A stretch of 20,000 nucleotides of DNA from an uncultured virus (IMG/VR IMGVR_UViG_3300034283_002562) (Duplodnaviria > Heunggongvirae > Uroviricota > Caudoviricetes): IMG/VR virus record IMGVR_UViG_3300034283_002562. One strand, 5' to 3'. Positions 1-7,202 of this stretch are shown piece after piece. The notes below the pieces were generated by a model that searched no databases, was not told the DNA's origin, and saw only the letters and a list, made by a program, of their open reading frames with translations. The first letter of the stretch is position 1; every line of letters begins with the position of its first letter. Both the position numbers and the translations under genes were made by a program.

Positions 1-1157
1 CTGTATTGTTCACGGTTTTTTATTTGATTAACAATCTGTCTACTTTGTTTCATCCTAGGATCACATAATATTGATCTATTTCCTAATGCACGTGGACCAA
101 CTTCGCCATTTCCTTGATACCACCCAATAACCTTACCATCTGCTAACATTTTAGCAGCTATTTTGATCGTATCAATTTCAGGTGTAGTACTGGGTTTGAT
201 ATCGGATTGACTATATGGAAAATTGTTTAGTACAAATTTAGGTAATTCATTTTTTATTCGTAACCATTCAATACCGCCTAAACTAGTTCCTTCATCAGAT
301 GAATGAGGAGGAATGATAACATTTTTATAATGATTTCGTATCTCCGTATTCCAGATCACATTTTGAGCAACACCACCTGAATAAGTTATACAATCGTCAG
401 GAGACGCATACTGTTTAAATAAATCAACTATAAGTTCACCAACCCTAAAATGAACGGTATGAATCCAATCCAGTAATGTATTTTGTGAAATGGATCTGTC
501 ATTCACAAAATTATGCCATGTATCAGGAGAAAAGATTTTATTAATAGAATCTATTTCAAAATTACGTAAATATTCAAGAAAATTGGAATGTAACTTCCCA
601 TATGATTGGAGGGCCATGACTTTTCCAGCAATATCATTGTAATGCCCAGCAGAGATACCTAAATACTTACCAGCATCTCGCATCCCCCACCCAATTGATC
701 CATTAGCTATATTTCCAAATGCCACAAGAGAATTATCTTTATACACCGACCATGGTCTTGCATCACCCAACCCATCAATTACAATATGCGTAGAAGGAGT
801 TAACGGTGTCATCATCCATGAACTTAATGCATGTGAGTAGTGATGACCAATATACCAAATTTCTTTTTCATACGGAAATCCATTTATTTTCAATGTTGCG
901 GCATCTTTATATTTTTGAGAAATATTGAGGATTTGGTATTTTGATATGTCCACATCTATTATTATTTCATCAATTTCAGATAACTCAAGATTCCATAGTT
1001 GATTTATTTCATTAACCCATGATAGTAAATCTTGATTTCTATATCGTTTTATCTGTTTAGTTCTTTCTAATTTATGATAATGAAGTCGTGTTCCATCATA
1101 GTAACATATATTATGGTCATGGTTCAATGCCGATATTGACAATAGTTTCATATTCAT
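1..1157 (-). CDS. Carbamoyltransferase (NodU/CmcH family), runs off the left edge
   Basis: Manual minus-strand translation: (MN)MKLLSISALNHDHNICYYDG..KLERTKQIKR, GHHYSHALSSW, IVIDGLGD, AGKVMALQSYG, YSGGVAQNVIWN, SSDEGTSLGG, GWYQGNGEVGPRALGNRSIL. The ATG at 1157 overlaps the upstream stop (ATGA); alternative start 1151. Not in the ORF track. Confidence 0.92.
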   Translation of the reverse strand, partial: MNMKLLSISALNHDHNICYYDGTRLHYHKLERTKQIKRYRNQDLLSWVNEINQLWNLELSEIDEIIIDVDISKYQILNISQKYKDAATLKINGFPYEKEIWYIGHHYSHALSSWMMTPLTPSTHIVIDGLGDARPWSVYKDNSLVAFGNIANGSIGWGMRDAGKYLGISAGHYNDIAGKVMALQSYGKLHSNFLEYLRNFEIDSINKIFSPDTWHNFVNDRSISQNTLLDWIHTVHFRVGELIVDLFKQYASPDDCITYSGGVAQNVIWNTEIRNHYKNVIIPPHSSDEGTSLGGIEWLRIKNELPKFVLNNFPYSQSDIKPSTTPEIDTIKIAAKMLADGKVIGWYQGNGEVGPRALGNRSILCDPRMKQSRQIVNQIKNREQY

Positions 1158-1597
1158 CCTGTATAAATTGCTTCCCATCCATCTTTTTCAGTAAAAAATC
1201 TTACTGCCTTGATATTTGGATATTCACCAGCATCGAACCAATGTTTTACATTAGCAGGAACACTGATTAAATCATTTGGTCCCACATCAAGTTCATAAAC
1301 AGTATCAGATACATTAAAAAAGAACTTTGCAGTACCATGAGTAAATAAACGCATTTCATAATCAGTATGATAATGCTCTTTTTTAAACTGCTCTCTTAAT
1401 GATTGATAGTTTTTAGTTGAACTATCTAATACAATAGTATCATTGTAAGGAACATCATAATCATATTTTATTTGTTCTATAATGTTCTCATCTGTTGGAA
1501 TTCGAACATATAATACATGAATATTATCTAATTGTCTAGCAATTTCTTCATAATTCGTGTAAGTAGTAAAATCTTCTTTATCATAAATTTTTAACAT
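1154..1597 (-). CDS. mtnD: Acireductone dioxygenase (ARD, cupin)
   Basis: EHYHTDYEMRLF, DLISVPANVKHWFDAG and AVRFFTEKDGWEAIYTG match ARD metal-binding and C-terminal motifs. Start moved to MLKIYD because the upstream extension overlaps a tRNA remnant. Confidence 0.88.
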   Translation of the reverse strand: MLKIYDKEDFTTYTNYEEIARQLDNIHVLYVRIPTDENIIEQIKYDYDVPYNDTIVLDSSTKNYQSLREQFKKEHYHTDYEMRLFTHGTAKFFFNVSDTVYELDVGPNDLISVPANVKHWFDAGEYPNIKAVRFFTEKDGWEAIYTG

Positions 1598-1635
1598 ATT
1601 ACTACTTATCTTTAGCACTATTATAATGCTAAATT

Positions 1636-1708
1636 TGACAGCGCGGGTTAGATTTGAACTCCCAAGAGCGAGTTTGGGCTCGTCATGATACCATTTCATC
1701 ACCGGGCT
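1636..1708 (-). pseudogene. Degenerate tRNA, probably tRNA-Trp(CCA)
   Basis: Acceptor AGCCCGG..CCGCGCT with one mismatch, intact D-arm ATGA/TCAT, 6-nt anticodon loop CCCAAA, broken T-stem around TTCAAAT, ends G-TCA instead of CCA. Confidence 0.6.
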
Positions 1709-1845
1709 AAAAAAATAAATTCCAGGATAGTTTAATCTCTATGAAACCTCTATCTTCCTATTGAAAGTTATCTGGAACGGGCTAACTCACTCTTGTTTAT
1801 TTTAATAGGTTAAGAGCTTAACCGCCACAAAGGGCTCCTATTGTT

Positions 1846-1935
1846 TGGAGGAAGCGGTGAGATTCGAACTCACGGAACCTTGCGGTTCGCCAGTTTTCAA
1901 GACTGGTGCAATAGGCCATGCTCTGCCACACTTCC
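1846..1935 (-). tRNA. tRNA-Ser(TGA)
   Basis: Full cloverleaf, CCAGT-CTTGAAA-ACTGG, long variable arm, encoded CCA. Confidence 0.97.
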
Positions 1936-1972
1936 ATAATTTGGAGGCCGGTCTATGACCTGCCTCAATAAT

Positions 1973-2050
1973 TGGTACCCTCTCTCAGATTCGAACTGAG
2001 ACTATACGGTATCTAAAACCGTCTCCTCTACCAGATTGGGATAAGAGGGC
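1973..2050 (-). tRNA. tRNA-Leu(TAG), short variable arm
   Basis: ACGGT-TTTAGAT-ACCGT, T-arm CTCAG-TTCGAAT-CTGAG, CCA. Confidence 0.92.
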
Positions 2051-2137
2051 AAAATTTATTTATTCTAGTTTGCATAAACTATAGAATGCTAGATGTCGGT
2101 TGTTTTTAATACAAATCATGGATCTATATTAAGTGCT

Positions 2138-2743
2138 TTACTTTATAATTCTTTCAAAATGCACATCTGCCTCATTACCGGTATGACATTCGAGCTCTAT
2201 AAAGCATCTAAATCCTCGCTCTTCTAACCATTTAACCACATCTTCAGTTCGGTTGTCTGTATTTTTATACAAATCTGCTTTATATGCGGTTTCACACTTT
2301 CCACGTTTAATATTGGTTATTTTATCACCTAAACTACGCAAAACATTAAAATCATTACCTTGTGCATCAATCCACAAATATTCTACTTCACCTATACCAT
2401 ACATTTCCATAAATGTATCTAGCCGAAGAGTCATCACTCGTGCAATATCAGTGATTTGTAGATTCCTACCAGGCCAGTGCTCATAACGATCTTCTTTGAA
2501 TTCAAATAATGAAGAACAACCCCAATCTTCGACGCCTGCAATATTAAATTGTTTAAATCCATTTGTTAAATCAACAGCAGCTGGAATTAGATTCCAATTT
2601 GAATTGAATTTAAATTTATTTTGTAAATTTACAACTAATGCTGGCGTTGGCTCGAATGAATACACTATATTCCCAGGATCTTGAAGAAAAGTAGCGGTAT
2701 CATGCCCATCTTTTGCACCTATTTCTATAATTGTTTTATTCAT
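2138..2743 (-). CDS. FkbM-family SAM-dependent methyltransferase
   Basis: IIEIGAKDG, YSFEP, TLRLDTF, YLWIDAQGNDFNVL. Start trimmed to MNKTII because the extension overlaps tRNA-Arg. Confidence 0.9.
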   Translation of the reverse strand: MNKTIIEIGAKDGHDTATFLQDPGNIVYSFEPTPALVVNLQNKFKFNSNWNLIPAAVDLTNGFKQFNIAGVEDWGCSSLFEFKEDRYEHWPGRNLQITDIARVMTLRLDTFMEMYGIGEVEYLWIDAQGNDFNVLRSLGDKITNIKRGKCETAYKADLYKNTDNRTEDVVKWLEERGFRCFIELECHTGNEADVHFERIIK

Positions 2744-2761
2744 AATTCCCTTTTTTATGTT

Positions 2762-2840
2762 TGGCACCCTTGGAAGGACTTGAACCTCCGACAAACCCAC
2801 GTTCGTAGCGTGGTGCTCTAATCCACTGAGCTACAAGGGC
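2762..2840 (-). tRNA. tRNA-Arg(ACG)
   Basis: CCACG-CTACGAA-CGTGG, full cloverleaf, CCA. Confidence 0.96.
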
Positions 2841-2892
2841 TTTATTTCATCAGGATCTGCTTTTTACGGTTTCCTATCCACTAGAAGAACTC

Positions 2893-3573
2893 TTAAAGTT
2901 TGTGTTTGCAATTATCAAAGTGATATCGTTTCATATTTCCAATTCCACCTATTATATCACAATGAGGACAGCATACTTTAACTTGTGGTCCGCTTTTTAT
3001 ATCTTTGTTCCATGGAGTTTGCAATCCTGTTTTACCTTTATTCCATGGGGTTTGTCCAGTTTTTCCTTTCTTAATAGCAGACATTTTAGCTCTTTCTGCT
3101 GCTGTCCATATTTTTTTAGGTTTATTAGATCTTTGTTCTTTCAATATTGGCATTACTCTACCCAATCTCCAATTGTCAGGAATTGCAGTGTCAATATCAA
3201 TAGATCTATTTTCATGTCCGTTTGTTATCCAGCGTCTTCCATACATCGAGTTGTTGTGACCAGTTCTAGTTTTGGCAGCCAGCTGCATCTTTCGACGTAA
3301 CCAACCATATAACTTATTATTTCTATTTTGATTATCACTGGTCACAGTCATCATAGTAGCAGCATATACTAGTGAGTAATTATCATATATTTTAACCAAC
3401 AATAGATGTGCTACATAATGTTCTTCTGGCGTTAATTTAACCACATTGTCCGGGTCATCTTTCCCGCCCATACATCGTGGAATAATATGATGTTTCTCAA
3501 AGTATTCATTATCGAGAAACGTTCTATTTTTTCCACGATGTATTAATTTTTCATATATAATTTTATAGTTCAT
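2893..3573 (-). CDS. Free-standing HNH homing endonuclease (Mob-like) with PWNKG repeats and C-terminal Zn ribbon
   Basis: EKHHIIPRCMGGKDDPDNVVKLTPEEHYVAHLLL; WITNG; QTPWNK twice; CPHC..MKRYHFDNCK. Confidence 0.93.
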   Translation of the reverse strand: MNYKIIYEKLIHRGKNRTFLDNEYFEKHHIIPRCMGGKDDPDNVVKLTPEEHYVAHLLLVKIYDNYSLVYAATMMTVTSDNQNRNNKLYGWLRRKMQLAAKTRTGHNNSMYGRRWITNGHENRSIDIDTAIPDNWRLGRVMPILKEQRSNKPKKIWTAAERAKMSAIKKGKTGQTPWNKGKTGLQTPWNKDIKSGPQVKVCCPHCDIIGGIGNMKRYHFDNCKHKL

Positions 3574-3594
3574 ATAGTATTTATACTTATGAAC
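3568..3594 (-). promoter_or_regulatory. T4-type late promoter inside a hairpin masking the HNH start codon
   Basis: GTTCATA-AG-TATAAATA-CTA-TATGAAC; TATAAATA at 3585-3578; ATG lies in the 3' arm. Confidence 0.75.
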
Positions 3595-3648
3595 CTACGT
3601 TCCCGGCCTGGAATGCTAATTGTATGCGGTATAGATCCTAAAATTGTT

Positions 3649-3924
3649 TTACTTCAATTGTGACTTTCTAAACATTCGGTCCAATTTAGTATTGATATCT
3701 TTGCAGAGTTGTTCAGATCGTTCTGCTGCTTTTACTGCATTATCAACTTTTGAACTAACAGTTGATAGAGCGCGATTAGTATCTACTAATCCAGTACTCA
3801 ATGTTTTTTGATTTGTAGTAATTACATCGATTTCACCTTGTAATTTGGCGATATCTGTGTTTGTTGCACATCCAGTAACCAATGCTAAAGCACCAACCAT
3901 GAATAACATATTTAATTTTCTCAT
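3649..3924 (-). CDS. Lpp/OprI-like outer-membrane lipoprotein (coiled coil)
   Basis: Signal peptide with lipobox LVTG-C, heptad coiled coil, C-terminus KLDRMFRKSQLK ending in Lys. Confidence 0.8.
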   Translation of the reverse strand: MRKLNMLFMVGALALVTGCATNTDIAKLQGEIDVITTNQKTLSTGLVDTNRALSTVSSKVDNAVKAAERSEQLCKDINTKLDRMFRKSQLK

Positions 3925-3949
3925 TTTACACCTTTGTTAATTAAAATCA

Positions 3950-4040
3950 CAGGATGATATATTGTTTCGGAGCCGGGAGATTCGAACTCCCAGAAGATAC
4001 CCGCTTATCGGCTTCGGCATTTTTGTGCTGTAATCACCCT
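3950..4040 (-). ncRNA. Scaffold RNA copy 2 with tRNA-like insert lacking an anticodon arm
   Basis: AGGGTGATTACAGCA...TATCATCCTG. Insert: CGAAGCC/GGCTCCG stem, GATA-AGCGGG-TATC hairpin, T-arm GGGAG-TTCGAAT-CTCCC. Confidence 0.7.
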
Positions 4041-4050
4041 TATTAATCAG

Positions 4051-4464
4051 TTAAGATAATCGTTCTTTTTCTGATTCCATAAAGCGTGTTCGTTTTACAA
4101 GTGATAAAACGAATTCTGACTCAGCGATTGATTTGGAATCAAGATCAACTCGCAAGTTCAAGAAGTAAGAAACATCATTATGAACCAGTTTAATGGAACT
4201 ATAGTCTGTTACTTCCGCAGTGAATGATTTTGGAATTTGAATTACAACATCCATCAATCGTTCGAAATGTTTATCCGCATCAACAAAGTATTGTTCAACA
4301 AATGTTTTTAAGTGATGTGGTGTATTTCTTAATGTTTCGGATTTATAGTTTCTATAATTTCCGACTGAAACTGTTACCGCTTCAATAAGGTCAGTACCAG
4401 TGTATCTAGGATACTCAGGGATTAAGTTGTAAGGTTTTTTTACTTCTTGTTCAATTACTAGCAT
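4051..4464 (-). CDS. Hypothetical protein
   Basis: Open frame from MLVIEQ with GGA upstream; the longer ORF-track start overlaps tRNA-Gln. Confidence 0.75.
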   Translation of the reverse strand: MLVIEQEVKKPYNLIPEYPRYTGTDLIEAVTVSVGNYRNYKSETLRNTPHHLKTFVEQYFVDADKHFERLMDVVIQIPKSFTAEVTDYSSIKLVHNDVSYFLNLRVDLDSKSIAESEFVLSLVKRTRFMESEKERLS

Positions 4465-4492
4465 TATATCATTCCGATAATAGTTAAAAAAT

Positions 4493-4566
4493 TGGCAGGG
4501 ATACACGGATTCGAACCATGGATGACTGGATCAAAACCAGTTGTGTTACCACTACACCATATCCCA
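4493..4566 (-). tRNA. tRNA-Gln(TTG)
   Basis: ACTGG-TTTTGAT-CCAGT, cloverleaf, CCA. Confidence 0.96.
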
Positions 4567-4576
4567 ATTGTTATTA

Positions 4577-4695
4577 CAGGTTAGCATTTTAAGTTTTCCC
4601 AATTAAACTACATTAGTGACCAACCCTAACGCTGGGATTCGAACCCAGAACTTTCTTTTACAATAAGATTTAATAAAATTGCTGAAACTAACCTA
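4577..4695 (-). ncRNA. Scaffold RNA copy 3 with circularly permuted tRNA insert (YrlA-like topology)
   Basis: TAGGTTAGTTTCAGCAA...AAAATGCTAACCTG. Insert order: TCTT-ATTGTAA-AAGA, T-arm CTGGG-TTCGAAT-CCCAG, loop-closed acceptor CGTTAG/CTAATG, TA, D-arm GTTT-AATTGGGA-AAAC. Confidence 0.8.
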
Positions 4696-4734
4696 TTGGT
4701 CTTATTCGCTGGTGACTAGCCTCGAATATTCTGT

Positions 4735-4798
4735 CAGGATACACATTTTACGGGTTTGATTAGCTGTCAAATGTATGATTGTTGCTGTAGGTATCCTA
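4735..4798 (-). ncRNA. Scaffold RNA copy 4 with anticodon-like stem-loop (GCT)
   Basis: TAGGATACCTACAGCAA...AAAATGTGTATCCTG; TTTGA-CAGCTAA-TCAAA. Confidence 0.78.
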
Positions 4799-4816
4799 GA
4801 ACTGTTTATGCTATGT

Positions 4817-4844
4817 ATTATACATCATTTTTATTCATTGTCAA
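4817..4844 (-). promoter_or_regulatory. sigma70-type promoter
   Basis: TTGACA-16nt-TATAAT directly upstream of scaffold copy 4. Confidence 0.8.
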
Positions 4845-4853
4845 TATTTATTT

Positions 4854-4928
4854 TGGAGCGGGTAATGAGATTCGAACTCACGACATTCAGGTTGGCAACT
4901 TGAAGCTCTACCACTGAGCTATACCCGC
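4854..4928 (-). tRNA. tRNA-Gly(GCC)
   Basis: TCAAG-TTGCCAA-CCTGA, cloverleaf, TCCA end. Confidence 0.95.
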
Positions 4929-4935
4929 TCAAAAT

Positions 4936-5010
4936 TGGCGGACTGTACGGAATTTGAATCCGTGATACCACCGTGACAGGGTGGCGTGATAACCGCTTCA
5001 CTAACAGTCC
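4936..5010 (-). tRNA. tRNA-Asp(GTC)
   Basis: CCACC-CTGTCAC-GGTGG, GCCA end. Confidence 0.96.
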
Positions 5011-5132
5011 AAAATTGTTGAGTATCTAACATCATACAATACTCGGGAGACCTCTACCAGCCTCGTTTTTATTACTGAGCCTATCCGAAGATAGTGTTTA
5101 AAATGATATTAAGGTTGCCCAGCTCTAGAGTT

Positions 5133-5209
<77 letters not shown>

Positions 5210-5215
5210 ATAATT

Positions 5216-5380
5216 CTATTTAAACGGAGTTTTTTCACAGGCTAATGCATGATGATATGCTATTTTCATAGACTCATATTTTTCCGTTGCTTCGCTTAAT
5301 TGTTGCTGTAATTTTAGCATATCTTGTTCTACATAATCAAGATTTCTTTTAACGATATCCGATGTTCTTTTACCTGCCAT
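5216..5380 (-). CDS. Small coiled-coil hypothetical protein
   Basis: MAGKRTSD..LKLQQQLSEATEKY; AAGG upstream; start overlaps the end of 5370-5513. Confidence 0.6.
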   Translation of the reverse strand: MAGKRTSDIVKRNLDYVEQDMLKLQQQLSEATEKYESMKIAYHHALACEKTPFK

Positions 5381-5513
5381 ATATAGACCTTTTAGAAATA
5401 AAAGAATCACCCCAGTCGGTAGCATGAAATACCGCATATTTTTTAGATTTTTCACCATGTTTTTCATGGAATTTTTTAGTAGCTTCTTCGTTTACTATTG
5501 CGGTTCTTTTCAT
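5370..5513 (-). CDS. Small hypothetical protein (47 aa)
   Basis: Manual translation MKRTAIVNEEATKKFHEKHGEKSKKYAVFHATDWGDSFISKRSIYGR*; starts 2 nt after the upstream stop with GAGG RBS. Confidence 0.6.
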   Translation of the reverse strand: MKRTAIVNEEATKKFHEKHGEKSKKYAVFHATDWGDSFISKRSIYGR

Positions 5514-5515
5514 AC

Positions 5516-5890
5516 TTACCTCGCAAATCCACGATTTCTCAGTAATTGTGATAATTCATATTCGAATGTACCAAAATCAGACCTTTCACGCCCATAAATT
5601 GTATCAGGAACAATAATACCAATACTAGTCAATGCATTGTCAATCGATGGTTCATTAAAAATCGCCCATGGATATTCGTTTGTTTCATTGTTTAACAAAT
5701 TGACAATGTTTGCCATCTGTTCACTAGTACCACCATTCAATACAATTGCAGTTTTGTGGTTTTCAGCCCAATCTACCAATAGTTCGTTAGTTGTACCATA
5801 TTTGTTGTTGATCTCTTGCAGTGCATGCAAAGATTGTATACCGTGTTGTATAGAACTCAGGTACATGTTTGTTAAAAAATAAGCTCTCAT
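5516..5890 (-). CDS. Peptidyl-tRNA hydrolase 2 (PTH2)-like phage protein
   Basis: SSIQHGIQSLHA, DWAENHKTAIVLNGG and FNEPSIDNALTSIGII resemble the PTH2 pattern (Q..HA, W...K.IVL, T.IGI). Confidence 0.65.
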   Translation of the reverse strand: MRAYFLTNMYLSSIQHGIQSLHALQEINNKYGTTNELLVDWAENHKTAIVLNGGTSEQMANIVNLLNNETNEYPWAIFNEPSIDNALTSIGIIVPDTIYGRERSDFGTFEYELSQLLRNRGFAR

Positions 5891-5965
5891 AGTTTTCCTA
5901 TATGTTACTGAGTATTTATTATTTGAGGTTATCAATCATCTGGGTAGTTACCAAAACTAATTAGG

Positions 5966-6039
5966 GGTGACCGATAGGACTTGAACCCATAAAATTCTGA
6001 ATCACAATCAGGGTCGTCTACCAATTCCGACACGGCCAC
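5966..6039 (-). tRNA. tRNA-His(GTG), no encoded CCA
   Basis: Acceptor GTGGCCG/CGGTCAC, C73, CTGA-TTGTGAT-TCAG; followed by CCT; flanked by an ACTAATTAGG inverted repeat. Confidence 0.85.
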
Positions 6040-6057
6040 ACCTAATTAGTCTAATTT

Positions 6058-6542
6058 TATAATAAACCACACTACGGAAGGATTCGAACCTTCGGTTGCC
6101 GTCGCACTCAACACGCCAGTGTACCTCGATACGAATCGAACGTATCTTACCACCATTTATAGTGTAGTTTATTATATAATCATATAGTAAAGTGCATTAA
6201 ACGAGGGAACACGAATGCTACACATCCTCCTGTCTCCGGCCCTCAAGCTTAACATCCTTCTGGCCAGTGATGTTAAGGTGACTGATTAATACACTTTAAT
6301 ATAAAATTATATAGAAACACATGCTGAAGGACGAACGGCGTATTTCCATCGAAGAACTATATCTTTCTCATCGCCGTATAGCTTCCCGCACGATATAGTC
6401 TGAGTTGCGCTTCAGGATGTGTTTTTATATAATCATATAATAAAGCATACTACACGGAATTGAACCGTCTTCATTCAAGCCCGGAGCTCAAACTGTGATC
6501 CACACAACGCTGATCAGACGCTAATATGCTTTATTATATGAT
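6058..6542 (-). repeat. Four tandem long-stem cassettes with variable inserts (6058-6176, 6182-6303, 6307-6432, 6432-6542)
   Basis: Each is closed by a 16-19 bp AT-rich inverted repeat (e.g. TTATATAAAAACACAT/ATGTGTTTCTATATAA). Mismatches in the first two read as G-U on the minus strand. Confidence 0.8.
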
Positions 6543-6543
6543 T

Positions 6544-6619
6544 TGGTAGGACCGCCGAGACTCGAACTCGAATTCCCGGATTAAAAGTCCGGTGTTCTAA
6601 CCAATTGAACTACGATCCC
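6544..6619 (-). tRNA. tRNA-Lys(TTT)
   Basis: CCGGA-CTTTTAA-TCCGG, cloverleaf, CCA. Confidence 0.97.
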
Positions 6620-6662
6620 AAATTTTCTTGCCTTCTTTTTCTGTTTTTGTCTTTCGTTTCAT
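6597..6662 (-). CDS. Putative Lys-rich leader peptide running into tRNA-Lys
   Basis: AGGA RBS, MKRKTKTEKEGKKIWDRSSIG*; the TAG stop lies inside the tRNA D-loop. Confidence 0.5.
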   Translation of the reverse strand: MKRKTKTEKEGKKIWDRSSIG

Positions 6663-6685
6663 AATTATTTCCTATGTTGTTATAG

Positions 6686-6748
6686 CAGGATACGTTTTTA
6701 CTAGTTGAATTAAAAGTTCAGTGTAAATTGTTTGCTGAATGTATCCTA
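6686..6748 (-). ncRNA. Scaffold RNA copy 5 with Lys(UUU) anticodon stem-loop
   Basis: TAGGATACATTCAGCAA...AAAAACGTATCCTG; TGAA-CTTTTAA-TTCA. Confidence 0.8.
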
Positions 6749-6766
6749 AAACTGTTTATGCTGTTA

Positions 6767-6794
6767 ATTATACAGCATTTTTATACGTTGTCAA
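6767..6794 (-). promoter_or_regulatory. sigma70-type promoter
   Basis: TTGACA-16nt-TATAAT upstream of scaffold copy 5. Confidence 0.8.
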
Positions 6795-7107
6795 TTATTT
6801 TATCTGGATATTGTGCATCACGGCGTTCAATTTCAGCATATGGACTGTAGCCAGGCTGTAATTCCGTGATATTAGTAAATCCATTGGTTTCTGTAATCAA
6901 ACTATCATTAGAATCGATAGAACCACGATATTTACTACCATAACTACCTTCTAATTTACCAGTACTCGGATTAAGATCACCCCATTTAGTGTGATTACCA
7001 CCGATAACTTCAATATAGTAGGTTTTACCAGTTCGGTATGAATAAACAACATGTCTACCGGTATCTTCAGTTTTTGTAAAAAATTTCTTTCGGGTTTCTT
7101 CGTCCAT
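6781..7107 (-). CDS. Hypothetical phage protein
   Basis: MDEETRKKFFTKTEDTGRH..WGDLNPSTGKLEGSYGSKYRGSI; AAGGA RBS. Confidence 0.8.
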   Translation of the reverse strand: MDEETRKKFFTKTEDTGRHVVYSYRTGKTYYIEVIGGNHTKWGDLNPSTGKLEGSYGSKYRGSIDSNDSLITETNGFTNITELQPGYSPYAEIERRDAQYPDKIIDNV

Positions 7108-7125
7108 AATAGTTTCCTTTGTGTT

Positions 7126-7160
7126 TGGTGCTTTAGAAATGAATCGAACCTCTGTCTGCA
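7126..7160 (-). pseudogene. 3' remnant of a tRNA (T-loop, acceptor strand, ACCA)
   Basis: AGAC-AGAGG-TTCGATT-CATTT-CTAAAGC-A-CCA. Confidence 0.65.
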
Positions 7161-7201
7161 GTAAGTATAAATACAATAATATATTTATTAAAGGTTCGAT
7201 T
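7142..7201 (+). promoter_or_regulatory. Late promoter inside an RBS-sequestering inverted repeat
   Basis: AATCGAACCT (7142-7151) / AGGTTCGATT (7192-7201), with TATAAATA at 7166-7173. Confidence 0.72.
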
Positions 7202-7202
7202 T

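Larger units (their letters stand above)
2851..3640 (-). ncRNA. Scaffold RNA copy 1 (skipping-rope-like) with permuted tRNA-like insert, interrupted by an HNH gene
   Basis: 5' arm TAGGATCTATACCGCA (ending at 3640) and 3' arm AAAAAGCAGATCCTG (ending at 2851). Insert GCCGG-GAAC-GTAGGTTCA | HNH | TC-TTCT-AGTGGAT-AGGA-AACCG. Confidence 0.6.

Noticed and set aside
2851..3640. Group I intron around the HNH gene
   Set aside because: Flanks are only about 40-65 nt, with no recognisable P3/P7 core.
4696..4730. GACTAGCC resembling a metazoan Y RNA 3' end
   Set aside because: On the opposite strand to local transcription and lacks the matching 5' GGCTGGTCCG; only a short hairpin.
6058..6542. CRISPR array
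   Set aside because: Units are imperfect inverted repeats with 85-95-nt structured inserts, not identical direct repeats with uniform spacers; no cas genes in the window.
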